In this document: one piece after another, positions 1 through 10,146 of the stretch
How positions within the stretch are numbered: position 1 is the first letter of the stretch
How the letters are laid out: each line of letters starts with the position of its first letter
Origin: an uncultured Bordetella sp.
GTDB taxonomy: Bacteria; Pseudomonadota; Gammaproteobacteria; Burkholderiales; Burkholderiaceae_A
Assembly: GCA_964589205.1 (NCBI GenBank)
Contig: CAZPRT010000001.1
Span: 1 to 49,809, forward strand
Length of the DNA: 49,809 bases
Direction of reading: 5' to 3'
Notes under the pieces: generated by a model
The model's database searches: none
What the model was told of the DNA's origin: nothing
What the model saw: the letters and a program-made list of their open reading frames with translations, nothing else
Translations under genes and position numbers: made by a program

Positions 1-308
1 TCGTAGCCCTTGCCGTCGGAGGGCTCCACCACATCGCAAGTGATGTTGAGGGTAGATTCCTCACGGAATGGGTCGAGCAAGGCCGTGCCGGCATCGGGCA
101 TGAGGAGCATGTCGGAGGCCTCAATGCCCTTCCAGCCCGCAATCGATGATCCGTCAAAGGCGTGGCCAGACTCGAACTTGTCCTCGCCAACCGTGTGCGC
201 GGGAACCGACACGTGCTGCTCTTTGCCACGGGTATCCGTGAAACGGAAATCAACGAATTTCACATCGTTGTCTTTGATCATCTTCAAGACATCTGCGGGA
301 CTGGCCAT
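1..308 (-). CDS. glnA: Glutamine synthetase type I, 5' part (runs off window start)
   Basis: Manual translation from ATG 308: [36 protein letters not shown]...[25 protein letters not shown]; SD-like GGAGAG upstream. Not in ORF track because truncated. Confidence 0.96.
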   Translation of the reverse strand, partial: MASPADVLKMIKDNDVKFVDFRFTDTRGKEQHVSVPAHTVGEDKFESGHAFDGSSIAGWKGIEASDMLLMPDAGTALLDPFREESTLNITCDVVEPSDGKGY

Positions 309-355
309 GAATGCGCTCTCCAGGGTGGGGGTGAATGAAAAAACGAATTCCTTTT

Positions 356-371
356 TGCAGGTTCCGTGCCA
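356..371 (-). promoter_or_regulatory. Sigma-54 (-24/-12) promoter of glnA
   Basis: Minus strand TGGCACGGAACCTGCA = GG-N10-GC, about 50 nt upstream of the glnA start. Confidence 0.85.
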
Positions 372-454
372 AACACTACAAACTCCAAAAGGCCCGACTC
401 CACAAGGCTTGCCGGGCCTGGCAAGAGGGTCTGGGAAACCGATTGGTTCGGAAT

Positions 455-513
455 TGCACCATTGTAATGCAGATACCGCACCAATATTGTGCTTATTGCA
501 TTATTTTGGTGCG
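455..513. promoter_or_regulatory. Three NtrC-binding sites (glnA enhancer)
   Basis: TGCACCATTGTAATGCA (455-471), CGCACCAATATTGTGCT (477-493), TGCATTATTTTGGTGCG (497-513), each resembling TGCACC-N5-GGTGCA, 85-140 bp upstream of the sigma-54 site. Confidence 0.85.
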
Positions 514-1655
514 TCAGGCAAAAACCTCGCTTGAAGGTCATTGAGGAAGTTCAGCCCGTGCGGCGTTGGAGCGAATCGACCCGGTTGGCGGGACATCAGC
601 CCGTCCGTCTGCGCCTGCCCCACCCGTGCGAGCAACCCCTCGACGGGTTGACCCGTTCTGGAAGGATAATGCGCCGCCGGCACGCCCTCGACCAGCCGCA
701 GGGCGTTGAGCATGAACTCAAACGGCAGCGACGCCGCAGGCACCGCGTCCGAGCGCCGATGCGTGCCATTCACCACCTTGGCCATGAAATCCTCGGGGCG
801 TCGCACCACGGTCTGTCGAACAACCCCCGCGCCAGCCTGGGTGAGTTTGCTGTGCGCGCCGGCCCCGATGCCCAGGTAATCACCAAACTCCCAGTAGTTC
901 AAGTTGTGCTGGGCCTCGTGGCCTCGGCGTGCATGGGCAGAGACCTCATAGCGCGCATAGCCGGCCGCCGCCAAGAGCGACTCGCCCTCGGTCTGCATCT
1001 CCCAGATGAGGTCTTCCGGCGGCAAGGACGGGGGCTTCACAGCAAACAGCGTATTGGGCTCCAAGGTGAGCTGATACCGAGACAAGTGACCGGGATCGAG
1101 GGCCAGCGCCACTCGAAGATCCGCCTCGGCCACGGCCGCGTCTTGGCCTGGCAGGCCATCCGCCAGGTCGAGGGTGCCGCGCTCAAACACGGCAACGGCC
1201 GCCTCGGCAGCCTGCCGAGCAGCGGCCCCGTCGTGAACACGGCCAATGGCCTTGAGGCTCTCGTCGTGGAAGGATTGAACCCCGAGCGACAGCCTGGTCA
1301 CACCGGCCTGTCGAAGGGCCTCGAACTGGCCTCTCTGGGCGGCACCAGGATTGGCCTCCATGGTGATCTCAGCTCCCGGCAGCAGGCGAACCCGGGCACG
1401 GATGGTCTCGAGTAGGCTTGCAATGGCGTCTGGCGAGAACAGGTTCGGGGTGCCGCCCCCGATGAACACGGTGACCACAGATCGCCCCCAGATGGAGGGA
1501 AGCGCCTGCTCGAGGTCACTGGTGAGTGCCGCAAGGTAGTCCGCCTCTGGCACTCCATCGGCCCTCTCGTGGGAATTGAAATCGCAGTAAGGGCACTTCT
1601 TAAGACACCACGGCAGGTGCACATAGATGGACAGCGGGATGGGCCCAAAGGTCAT
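501..1655 (-). CDS. hemW: Radical-SAM heme chaperone HemW
   Basis: YVHLPWCLKKCPYCDFN (CxxxCxxC), GGGTP, EANP, YEVS, HNLNYW; follows rdgB. Confidence 0.93.
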   Translation of the reverse strand: MTFGPIPLSIYVHLPWCLKKCPYCDFNSHERADGVPEADYLAALTSDLEQALPSIWGRSVVTVFIGGGTPNLFSPDAIASLLETIRARVRLLPGAEITMEANPGAAQRGQFEALRQAGVTRLSLGVQSFHDESLKAIGRVHDGAAARQAAEAAVAVFERGTLDLADGLPGQDAAVAEADLRVALALDPGHLSRYQLTLEPNTLFAVKPPSLPPEDLIWEMQTEGESLLAAAGYARYEVSAHARRGHEAQHNLNYWEFGDYLGIGAGAHSKLTQAGAGVVRQTVVRRPEDFMAKVVNGTHRRSDAVPAASLPFEFMLNALRLVEGVPAAHYPSRTGQPVEGLLARVGQAQTDGLMSRQPGRFAPTPHGLNFLNDLQARFLPDAPK

Positions 1656-2317
1656 GCTGTGAAGGGCCCCTTGGCCTCGTCGAGCATGCCCATGAGCTGG
1701 TCCAGAGCCCGCCCACGATGGCTCACGCGCAGCTTCTCCTCCAGCGAGAGCGACGCGGCTGACCGACCCAGCTCGGGATCATAAAAAATCGGGTCATAGC
1801 CAAATCCCTGCGTTCCGGTGGCAGACTGCAAGATCTGTCCGGGCCATTGCCCCATCGCCACCAATGGCCACGGGTCATCTGCCGAACGGAGCACGACCAG
1901 CACGCAGACGAATCGCGCCGCTCGAGCAACTCCCTCAAGGCCCTGCATTCGGTGCAGCAGCCAACGCCAGTTGGCCTCGTCGGTGGGCAGCCCAGAGAGC
2001 GCCTCTGCGGCGGCTCGTGCATCGGTGCGAGCGCCATCGGAGGCGAAAAAACGTGCGGACTGAACCCCAGGTGCACCCCCAAGCGCAGGCACAACCAGAC
2101 CGGAGTCGTCAGCCAGACTCGGGCGGCCCGTTTGGGCGGCCGCGTGCCGCGCCTTGCGCAGCGCATTCTCCACGAAGGTGCCGTGCGGCTCATCGATGGC
2201 TGAGACGCCCAGACTGGCCTGCGACACCAACGCGATGCCATGGCCCAAGAAGGCCTGCTCGAACTCCTTGGCCTTGCCCAGGTTGCCGGAGGCCAACACC
2301 CACGTGCATGAACTCAC
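1652..2317 (-). CDS. rdgB: dITP/XTP pyrophosphatase (HAM1 family)
   Basis: [35 protein letters not shown]; rph-rdgB-hemW order. Confidence 0.95.
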   Translation of the reverse strand: MSSCTWVLASGNLGKAKEFEQAFLGHGIALVSQASLGVSAIDEPHGTFVENALRKARHAAAQTGRPSLADDSGLVVPALGGAPGVQSARFFASDGARTDARAAAEALSGLPTDEANWRWLLHRMQGLEGVARAARFVCVLVVLRSADDPWPLVAMGQWPGQILQSATGTQGFGYDPIFYDPELGRSAASLSLEEKLRVSHRGRALDQLMGMLDEAKGPFTA

Positions 2318-3078
2318 TGGCCGAGATGCCCCTCGCGCTGCCCTGGGTGCTGCGCCATCTCCCGCTGTAGGCCATGCAGGCGGGAAATGCCAGCGGCGGC
2401 GAGGCCCAGCAAGGCATCGAGCTGATTGCGGTCAAAGGGTGCGCCCTCTGCCGTGCCCTGCACCTCCACAAATCCGCCCTCACTGGTCATGGCCACGTTC
2501 ATGTCCGTGTCACAGTTGGAGTCCTCTGCGTAGTCGAGGTCCAGGACGGACACACCCTGATAGACACCAACCGAGACGGCAGCCACCTGCGCATGCAAGG
2601 CCATGCGCAGTCGAGTGGCCTCATCCTCGGAGCCTGACTGACGAGCGAGCGCCTCAATGGCATCGAAGGCCGCCAGCCAGGCGCCCGTGATGCTCGCCGT
2701 GCGAGTGCCGCCATCAGCCTGCAGCACATCGCAGTCCAGGGTGATCGTGCGCTCACCCAGGGCTTCCAGATTGCAGACCGATCGGAGGGCCCTTCCGATG
2801 AGCCGCTGAATCTCAAGCGTTCGCCCACCCTGCTTACCCCTGGCCGCCTCTCGATCGCTCCGAGTGTGTGTGGCCCGCGGCAGCATGCCGTACTCCGCGG
2901 TGACCCATCCGCGGCCCTGCCCCTTCATAAAGCCCGGCACCTTCTGTTCCACAGAGGCTGTGCACAGCACATGGGTGTCTCCGAAGCAGACGAGAACCGA
3001 GCCCTCTGCATGCTTGGTGTAGCCGCGTTCCAGTCGCACAGGTCTCAGGGCATCGAAGGGTCTGGCACTCGGTCTCAT
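2314..3078 (-). CDS. rph: Ribonuclease PH
   Basis: Start moved to ATG 3078 ([14 protein letters not shown]); [41 protein letters not shown]. Confidence 0.96.
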   Translation of the reverse strand: MRPSARPFDALRPVRLERGYTKHAEGSVLVCFGDTHVLCTASVEQKVPGFMKGQGRGWVTAEYGMLPRATHTRSDREAARGKQGGRTLEIQRLIGRALRSVCNLEALGERTITLDCDVLQADGGTRTASITGAWLAAFDAIEALARQSGSEDEATRLRMALHAQVAAVSVGVYQGVSVLDLDYAEDSNCDTDMNVAMTSEGGFVEVQGTAEGAPFDRNQLDALLGLAAAGISRLHGLQREMAQHPGQREGHLGQ

Positions 3079-3120
3079 GACGATTTCCTCTTGAAATAGA
3101 GCCCTTACAATACCGAAGCT

Positions 3121-4023
3121 ATGACCATCTACAGCATGACGGGCTTTGGTGTGGCCTGCGCGCCCACCCCATCTGGCCTGGCCAGCGTCGAGCTTCGCTC
3201 GGTGAACAACCGTTTCTTTGAATTTTCTGCACGCCTGCCCGAGGAGTGCAAGGCGATGGAGCAGTCCCTTCGTGAGGCGGTGGCGAGCCGATTGCCTCGC
3301 GGCAAACTTGAACTTCGAATCCAGCTCAGCCGCACCGACTCGGGGGTGGCCCCGGCCCAGGTGCAGCAAGACAGGCTCAAGGCCCTGCTGGAGACCAGCC
3401 AGGCGGTGCGCCAGGTGGCTGGTGATGCCGTGTCGCCGTGGTCAATGCACGACCTGCTCCGCTGGCCCGGCATCCTCACCGAACAGACGGAGCCCCCAGA
3501 GGCACTGGAGGCCCGCGTTCATGCGCTCACCCAGCAGGCCATCGATGCCCTGGAGGCTGCGCGCGCGAGCGAAGGCAGCAAGCTCGCCAGCGTCATCAGA
3601 GGCCGACTGCAGGACATCGAGCAATTGGTGGCACAGGCCAAGCCCTTGCTGCCCGAGGCGCTTGCGCAGGTCAGCGAAAAAATTCGGGCCCGCCTCTTGG
3701 AGGCCTTTTCTGGCGTCTCACCCGCGGAGCTGGAGACCGTGGTGTTCGAGCGTGTTCGACAGGAGTCACATGCCGCCGCCATCCGATCAGACATCGCAGA
3801 GGAACTCGATCGCCTGCAGGCGCACCTTCAGGAAATGTCTCGCATTCTGCAAAACCCGGCGGCCCAGCCCGTGGGCAAAAGACTCGACTTTCTCACCCAA
3901 GAGCTTCATCGTGAGGCCAACACGCTGGGCTCGAAATCACCCAGCCTGGCCCTGACTCAGTTGGCCATGGAGATGAAGCTCGCGGTCGAGCAGATTCGAG
4001 AGCAGGTTCAGAACATTCAATGA
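3121..4023 (+). CDS. yicC: YicC/YloC family endoribonuclease
   Basis: [47 protein letters not shown]. Confidence 0.94.
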   Translation: MTIYSMTGFGVACAPTPSGLASVELRSVNNRFFEFSARLPEECKAMEQSLREAVASRLPRGKLELRIQLSRTDSGVAPAQVQQDRLKALLETSQAVRQVAGDAVSPWSMHDLLRWPGILTEQTEPPEALEARVHALTQQAIDALEAARASEGSKLASVIRGRLQDIEQLVAQAKPLLPEALAQVSEKIRARLLEAFSGVSPAELETVVFERVRQESHAAAIRSDIAEELDRLQAHLQEMSRILQNPAAQPVGKRLDFLTQELHREANTLGSKSPSLALTQLAMEMKLAVEQIREQVQNIQ

Positions 4024-4610
4024 TCACGGCCCTGCCCAGCAAGACTCGCGGCCACCTTTTGATTGTTTCGGCGCCCTCCGGCGCGGGAAAGACCAGCCTG
4101 GTGAAGGCCCTGCTCGACGAGCCAGACCTCAACCTGCGCCTGTCGGTCTCCACCACCACCCGTGCACCCCGACCGGGTGAGTCCAACGGACGCGAATATC
4201 ACTTCACCAACCCCGAAGACTTCCTGAAACGCCAACAGGCAGGCGAGTTCTTAGAATGGGCCCAGGTGCATGGCAACCACTACGGCACCTCGGCCAGAAC
4301 GGTCGCCGAAGCCATGGCGCAGGGCCATCGCGTGATACTGGAAATTGACTGGCAGGGTGCCCGGCAGGTGAGAGAGCTCTTCCCGGCCGACCAGCGGACC
4401 AGCATTTTCATTCTTCCCCCATCGATCGATGAACTGCGCCGCCGGCTAGAGGCCCGAGGCCAGGACCTCCCCGAGGTCATTGCGGCACGCCTTGCCGCGG
4501 CAGAGGAGGAGTGCTCCCATGCGGAAGAGTTCGACCATGTTATTATGAATCAACACTTTAGCGAGACTCTGGCCGCCCTGCGCCGAATCATTTCGGCGAC
4601 GGTCTGCTAG
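4020..4610 (+). CDS. gmk: Guanylate kinase
   Basis: [35 protein letters not shown]. Confidence 0.96.
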   Translation: MITALPSKTRGHLLIVSAPSGAGKTSLVKALLDEPDLNLRLSVSTTTRAPRPGESNGREYHFTNPEDFLKRQQAGEFLEWAQVHGNHYGTSARTVAEAMAQGHRVILEIDWQGARQVRELFPADQRTSIFILPPSIDELRRRLEARGQDLPEVIAARLAAAEEECSHAEEFDHVIMNQHFSETLAALRRIISATVC

Positions 4611-4636
4611 GCCGCACACCACCAGAAAGCGACCCC

Positions 4637-4840
4637 ATGGCCCGTATCACCGTTGAAGATTGTCTGGACAAAATCCCCAACCGCTTTGAACTCGCCCTGG
4701 CTGCGGCCTACCGTGCCCGCCAGCTGGCCCAGGGCTCCACGCCCAAGGTCGACTCCCGCGACAAGCCCACCGTGACCGCACTGCGTGAGGTGGCTGCTGG
4801 CGCCGTGGGCCGGGAAATGCTCCGCAAGGTGCCCATCTAA
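4637..4840 (+). CDS. rpoZ: RNA polymerase omega subunit
   Basis: [35 protein letters not shown]. Confidence 0.97.
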   Translation: MARITVEDCLDKIPNRFELALAAAYRARQLAQGSTPKVDSRDKPTVTALREVAAGAVGREMLRKVPI

Positions 4841-4854
4841 GCCAAGGTCATGTC

Positions 4855-7038
4855 GTGAGCTCCGCACCAGCCGTCGTCTCCGTCGGTCAGTTGCTGGAGT
4901 CCGCCTGTTACCTCGAGCCGGCCGATGCCGCTCGACTCACAGAGGCCTTTCGTTTCGCGGATGAGGCCCACCTTGGGCAGAGTCGCCAGTCTGGCGAGCC
5001 CTACATCACACACCCCCTTGCCGTTGCAGAGGTCTGCTGCAGTTGGAGGCTCGATGCCGAGGCCCTCATGGCCGCCCTTCTGCACGACACCGTGGAAGAC
5101 TGCGGCGTCAGTCTTCAGGAGGTTGCAGAGCGGTTTGGCCCCGTGGTCGCCTCTCTGGTGGCCGGTCTTACCAAGCTCGATCGCATCCAGTTTCAGAATC
5201 GAGAAGAGGCCCAGGCCGAGAACTTTCGCAAGATGTTCATGGCCATGGCCGACGACGTCCGCGTCATTCTGATCAAGCTCGCCGACCGTCTTCACAACAT
5301 GCGCACCATGGATGCCGTCTCTGCTCCGAAGCGCGCACGCGTCTCTCGCGAAACCTTGGAACTCTTCGCGCCCATCGCCCACCGTCTGGGGCTCAACGAG
5401 GTCTTTCGGGAGTTCGAGGACTTGTGCTTCGCAGGCCTTCATCCGAGCCGCCACCGGGTCCTTCAGCGCGCCCTGCTGGCGGCGCGCGGCAATCGAAAGG
5501 AGGTGGTCACCCGACTGGAGAATGCGGTTCGAGAGCACCTTCCAAGGTTTGGGGTCGAGGCCGATGTCACTGGCCGAGAAAAGAGCCTCTACTCCATCTA
5601 CCTCAAGATGCGTGAGAAGCGACTCAGCTTTGCCGAGGTGCTCGACATCTACGGCTTCCGAATCCTGGTGAACACCCCTTCGGACTGCTACCTGGCCCTC
5701 GGCGCACTCCATGCCCTCTACCGACCATCCCCCGGTCGTTTCAAGGACTACATCGCACTGCCAAAGTCGAATGGCTATCAATCCCTGCATACCGTGGTCA
5801 TTGGGCCATACGGGACGCCCATTGAATTCCAGATCCGCACCCATGAAATGCATCGCGTGGCGGAGGCCGGTGTGGCGGCCCACTGGCTCTACAAGGAGCA
5901 CGCCTCGAATGTCACACCACTGCAGCAGAAGGCCCATGAGTGGATGCAATCGCTGCTGCAGAGCCGCTCGGGTGATGCCGGCAATCTGATCGACCATGTC
6001 AAGATTGACCTCTTCCCAGATGTCATCTACGTCTTCACGCCCAACGGGGACATCCGAGAGCTCCCCCGGGGCTCCACACCTGTGGACTACGCTTACATGG
6101 TTCACACAGACGTTGGCAATCGCTGCATCGGCGCCTGGGTGAACAATCTCAGCAAGCCGCTGGACACCGAGCTGCGAAACGGAGATGTTGTGCGCATCGA
6201 CACGGGCGAAGAGGCTGCCCCGCATCCAGGTTGGCTCAGCTTTGTAAAGACTGCCAAGGCCCGGGCAGAGATTCGACACAACCTCAAGAACACCACGCGC
6301 GAGCGCTCCATTGCCTTTGGCCGGCGCATGCTCGAGGACGCCCTCTCGGCCTTGGGTGTGCAGGACCTCAACGAACCATCACTGCAATGGGCACAGCTCA
6401 TCAACGAGGCGGCGGCAAAGGATGAGGAGGGCATACTCGAATCCATTGGGCTCGGCCACCTGTTGGCCAATGTTGCCGCCCGCCGACTGATGCCGGTGGA
6501 GCTCTCTCCCACACGTCGTCAGCTCTCGCCGTTTGCCGAGCGCGCCCTTGCCTTGGCCATTGAGCACCTGACCCAGCCCGAGCTTGGCATCACCCTCAAC
6601 GGATCGGAGGGCACCGCGGTGCAATACGCGAGCTGCTGTTATCCCATCGCTGGCGACAATGCCTGGGGACACATGCGTGGTGGCGCTGGCCTGCTGGTGC
6701 ATCGGGCCAGCTGCCCGACGGCCAGGCGCCAACGGAACAAAGACCGTGCCCGCTGGGCCGATGTCATCTGGGGAGACCCTCTTTTTCGAGAGTTCGAGAC
6801 CCGGCTCGATGTCGATGTCAACAACAGCCCCGGCGCCTTGGCCAAGGTGGCCTCGGCCATCTCCGCCCGACAGGCCAACATCATCGACCTCTCCATTGAG
6901 CCCAGGGCCGGTGGCCTGGCCACACTGCATGTGGCCATCGAGGTGAAGAATCGCATTCATCTCGCAGACGTGCTGAGGTCTGTGCGCCGGAGTGCAGCGG
7001 TGACCAAGGCCACTCGGCGCACCCGCGACAGCCACTGA
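4855..7038 (+). CDS. spoT: Bifunctional (p)ppGpp synthetase/hydrolase
   Basis: HD motif LLHDTVED, KLADRLHNMRT, KDYIALPKSNGYQSLHT, EFQIRT, TGS and ACT domains; follows rpoZ. Confidence 0.95.
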   Translation: MSSAPAVVSVGQLLESACYLEPADAARLTEAFRFADEAHLGQSRQSGEPYITHPLAVAEVCCSWRLDAEALMAALLHDTVEDCGVSLQEVAERFGPVVASLVAGLTKLDRIQFQNREEAQAENFRKMFMAMADDVRVILIKLADRLHNMRTMDAVSAPKRARVSRETLELFAPIAHRLGLNEVFREFEDLCFAGLHPSRHRVLQRALLAARGNRKEVVTRLENAVREHLPRFGVEADVTGREKSLYSIYLKMREKRLSFAEVLDIYGFRILVNTPSDCYLALGALHALYRPSPGRFKDYIALPKSNGYQSLHTVVIGPYGTPIEFQIRTHEMHRVAEAGVAAHWLYKEHASNVTPLQQKAHEWMQSLLQSRSGDAGNLIDHVKIDLFPDVIYVFTPNGDIRELPRGSTPVDYAYMVHTDVGNRCIGAWVNNLSKPLDTELRNGDVVRIDTGEEAAPHPGWLSFVKTAKARAEIRHNLKNTTRERSIAFGRRMLEDALSALGVQDLNEPSLQWAQLINEAAAKDEEGILESIGLGHLLANVAARRLMPVELSPTRRQLSPFAERALALAIEHLTQPELGITLNGSEGTAVQYASCCYPIAGDNAWGHMRGGAGLLVHRASCPTARRQRNKDRARWADVIWGDPLFREFETRLDVDVNNSPGALAKVASAISARQANIIDLSIEPRAGGLATLHVAIEVKNRIHLADVLRSVRRSAAVTKATRRTRDSH

Positions 7039-8400
7039 TCAGCCGCCGGCGATCATCATCCGATCAATCCAGATCGAGCCCGTCGTGCGAGTACCGCGGG
7101 TGATGGTGTCGGCGCCAATCGCTTGGATGCCGGCATACATGGTCTTGAGGTTTCCGGCGATGGTGATCTCTTCCACGGGATGCTGAATCTCACCGTTCTC
7201 GATCCAGTAGCCGAAGGCCCCGCGTGAATAGTCTCCGGTCAGCCCATTCACCCCCTGGCCCATGACCTCCGTGACCAGAAGCCCGCGGCCCATGTCTCGA
7301 ATCATCTCGCCAAGGCCACGGCCTGGGGAAGTCTCACTGCTCTGAAGCACCAGGTTGTGAGCACCTCCCGCATTGCCTGTGGTCTTCATGCCAAGTTTCC
7401 GGGCGGAGTATGTGGACAGGAAATAACCCGCAACCCTGCCCTGCTCGATGACGGTTCTGGGCTGGACGCGAACCCCTTCATCATCAAATGGGGTGCTGCC
7501 ATCCCCGCCAGGCACGAACGGGTCTTCCGTCATGCTGATGTGTGACGGAAAGAGGGGCTGGCCGAGGCTGTCGACGAGAAAACTTGCCTTGCGATAGAGC
7601 GAGCTTCCCGACAAGGCGTTGACCAGAGAGCCCATCAGGCCCACAGCCAAGGGAGCCTCGAAGATCACCGGATGTTCCCCGGTGGACACCTGCCGGGCCC
7701 CCAGGCGCGAGAGCGCGCGGCGGGCCGCATACAGGCCCACGGCCTCGGGGTCTGCCAATTGCGCAGCGTTCCGACTGGTCGTGTACCAGTCATCCCGCTG
7801 CATCTGTTCCCCGCGTTGGGCAATCGGGGCGACCGAGAGCCAATGACGGCTGTAGGGGTAGCCCCCCGAAAAGCCACGGCTATTGGCCGCATGAAACTGA
7901 CCATGGGAGGCGGAGACCGACGCCCCCTCGCTGTTGGCAATGAGGGGGCTGGCGGCTCGGGCCGCTGACTCTGCCTTTAGGGCCAGCGCCGTGGCGGCCT
8001 GCGCATCAATCGACCACGGATAAAAGAGGTCGAGGGACGCATGGTCGCGGGCGATCTCATCTGCATCCGGCAGACCCGAGAACGGATCCTCTGCGGTGTG
8101 CCGAGCAATCTCGAAGGCACGACGAACCGTGTCTCGCAAGGCTGCCTCGGAAAGGTCTGAGGTGGTGGCGTGGCCCCGACGATGCCCTTGATAGACGGTG
8201 ATGCCCGCCGACTTGTCACGGGTCCGCTCGATGGTCTCGAGCTGCCCCATCCGAACGGTCACCGTGAGCCCCGACTGCTCAGATACTTCTGCCGCGGCAT
8301 CGGATGCACCGAGGTCGTGGGCCATGTCGATGAGCCGATGGCTCATGTCACGGAGTTGGGAGGGGGTGTAAAAAAAGGGGTCGAAAGACGGTGTGCTCAT
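7039..8400 (-). CDS. pmbA: Metalloprotease PmbA (TldE)
   Basis: LYRKASFL, PFDDEGV, GQGVNGLTGDYSRGAFG, EEITIAGNL. Confidence 0.94.
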   Translation of the reverse strand: MSTPSFDPFFYTPSQLRDMSHRLIDMAHDLGASDAAAEVSEQSGLTVTVRMGQLETIERTRDKSAGITVYQGHRRGHATTSDLSEAALRDTVRRAFEIARHTAEDPFSGLPDADEIARDHASLDLFYPWSIDAQAATALALKAESAARAASPLIANSEGASVSASHGQFHAANSRGFSGGYPYSRHWLSVAPIAQRGEQMQRDDWYTTSRNAAQLADPEAVGLYAARRALSRLGARQVSTGEHPVIFEAPLAVGLMGSLVNALSGSSLYRKASFLVDSLGQPLFPSHISMTEDPFVPGGDGSTPFDDEGVRVQPRTVIEQGRVAGYFLSTYSARKLGMKTTGNAGGAHNLVLQSSETSPGRGLGEMIRDMGRGLLVTEVMGQGVNGLTGDYSRGAFGYWIENGEIQHPVEEITIAGNLKTMYAGIQAIGADTITRGTRTTGSIWIDRMMIAGG

Positions 8401-8416
8401 GCGTCAGAATAGTGCC

Positions 8417-8998
8417 ATGAACCACGACAATCTTCGCACCGCACGCATTGGCCTTGTTTCGATCAGCGACCGCGCGAGCCAAGGGGTCTACCCGGACGAG
8501 GGCCTTCCAAGCCTCAAGGACTGGCTCGGACGCGCCCTGATAAGCCCATGGCTTGCCGTTGAACGCCTGATCCCTGACGACCGCTTCCTGATCTCACAAA
8601 CCCTTGTCGACCTCGTGGACAAAGAGGCCTGCGACCTCGTGCTCACCACTGGCGGCACCGGGCCTGCTTTGCGCGATGTCACACCCGAGGCCACCCTGGC
8701 CGTGGGCGACAAGGAACTTCCTGGATTTGGCGAACAGATGCGTCAAATCTCTCTGCAATTCGTACCCACCGCCATCTTGTCCAGACAGGTCGCCGTGGTG
8801 CGAGGCACGGCCATGATCATCAACCTTCCGGGGCGCCCAAGATCCATTCAGGAGACCCTGGAGGGCTTGCGCAACGATGACGGGAGCGTGCGGGTGCCGG
8901 GCATCTTTGCGGCCGTGCCCTACGGACTGGAGCTCATTGGCGGCCCAAGCCTTCACGTAGATGAGGCGGTCTGCAAGGCCTTTCGTCCCAAGAAGTAG
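8417..8998 (+). CDS. mog: Molybdopterin adenylyltransferase
   Basis: IGLVSISDRASQGVYPDEG, TTGGTGPALRDVTPEAT, INLPGRP; ATG 8417 preferred over 8393, which would overlap pmbA. Confidence 0.93.
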   Translation: MNHDNLRTARIGLVSISDRASQGVYPDEGLPSLKDWLGRALISPWLAVERLIPDDRFLISQTLVDLVDKEACDLVLTTGGTGPALRDVTPEATLAVGDKELPGFGEQMRQISLQFVPTAILSRQVAVVRGTAMIINLPGRPRSIQETLEGLRNDDGSVRVPGIFAAVPYGLELIGGPSLHVDEAVCKAFRPKK

Positions 8999-10143
8999 CA
9001 CTCAAGCCGCGAGACGCCCTCCCTGAGCGTGGCCAGTGGCTTTGGAAAAGACACCCGTAGCATTCGCTCGGGGGACTGCTCGGTGAAGTCTCGGCCAGGC
9101 GCCATCAGCACACCAATGTCATCGCAGAGTGCACCACAGAGCGTGTGGCTGTCGGCCGCAAGCGAGGACACATCGAAATAGCCGTAGAAGGCACCATCTG
9201 GGCGAACTGGCAGCCGAAAGCCAATGGCCTCAAGGGCCGGCAGCACATACTCGGCATGGGCTCGGGTGCGCAGCCGATAGTCCTCCGCGACAGACAGGGC
9301 GTCTGGTGTGAAGGCTGCCACTGCCGCCTGCTGCGCCAGGCCCGACGGTGAAATGAACAGGTTCTGTGACAGCCGCTCCATGGCCGCCATGATGTCCTTC
9401 GGGCCCACCAGCCAGCCCAGGCGCCAGCCTGTCATGGAGAATGTCTTTGAGAAGCTGTTGATCGAGATCACATGCGGGCCAAGGTCGAGCATGGAGCGCG
9501 GCCCAGGCTCGAAGCAAAGTCGCAGGTAGATCTCATCGGCCAACAGCCATCCGCCCTTCTCGGCCACGAATGCAGCAATGCGCTCGGCCTCCGCCCAGGG
9601 CATGAGACAGCCAGTGGGATTGGCCGGGCTTGCCACCAAGAGTGCTCTGGTCTTGGGGCCCCAATGGGCCTGGACATGGGCCAAAGTGGGCTGGAAGTGT
9701 GTCTCGGGGCCCACCCTCAGCGAGACGGGCTGCCCGCCAGCGGCCTGCACGAAGGCCTTGTTACAGGGGTAGCCAGGGTCTGTTACCAGCACCTCATCGC
9801 CGGGATCCAAGATGGCCAGCATCGCCAGCAAGAGGGCCGCCGAGGCCCCCGCGGTGACGGCAACCTGCTCCGCCGACACGCGAATCTCGTCTCGCCGCCA
9901 ATAATCGGCTGCAATGGCCTCTCGAAGCGAGGCCAGGCCCAGGGCATGGGTGTAATGAATCTTGTTGTCTCGCAGGGCCTTGGCTGCGGCCTCCACCACG
10001 GGGGCCGGCGTTGGAAAATCTGGCTCCCCGACCACCATGCTCACCAGACTTCCGCGCGCCGGATCCCGTTGTTCCGCTCGCGCCATGATCTCCATGACGT
10101 AGAACGGCAGGGTGGCCTGCGCCCGACGCGACAACGAGGCCAT
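8953..10143 (-). CDS. PLP-dependent class I/II aminotransferase
   Basis: GEPDFPTP, SPANPTG, DEIY, SFSKTFSMTGWRLG. Confidence 0.9.
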   Translation of the reverse strand: MASLSRRAQATLPFYVMEIMARAEQRDPARGSLVSMVVGEPDFPTPAPVVEAAAKALRDNKIHYTHALGLASLREAIAADYWRRDEIRVSAEQVAVTAGASAALLLAMLAILDPGDEVLVTDPGYPCNKAFVQAAGGQPVSLRVGPETHFQPTLAHVQAHWGPKTRALLVASPANPTGCLMPWAEAERIAAFVAEKGGWLLADEIYLRLCFEPGPRSMLDLGPHVISINSFSKTFSMTGWRLGWLVGPKDIMAAMERLSQNLFISPSGLAQQAAVAAFTPDALSVAEDYRLRTRAHAEYVLPALEAIGFRLPVRPDGAFYGYFDVSSLAADSHTLCGALCDDIGVLMAPGRDFTEQSPERMLRVSFPKPLATLREGVSRLECYFLGRKALQTASST

Positions 10144-10146
10144 GGT

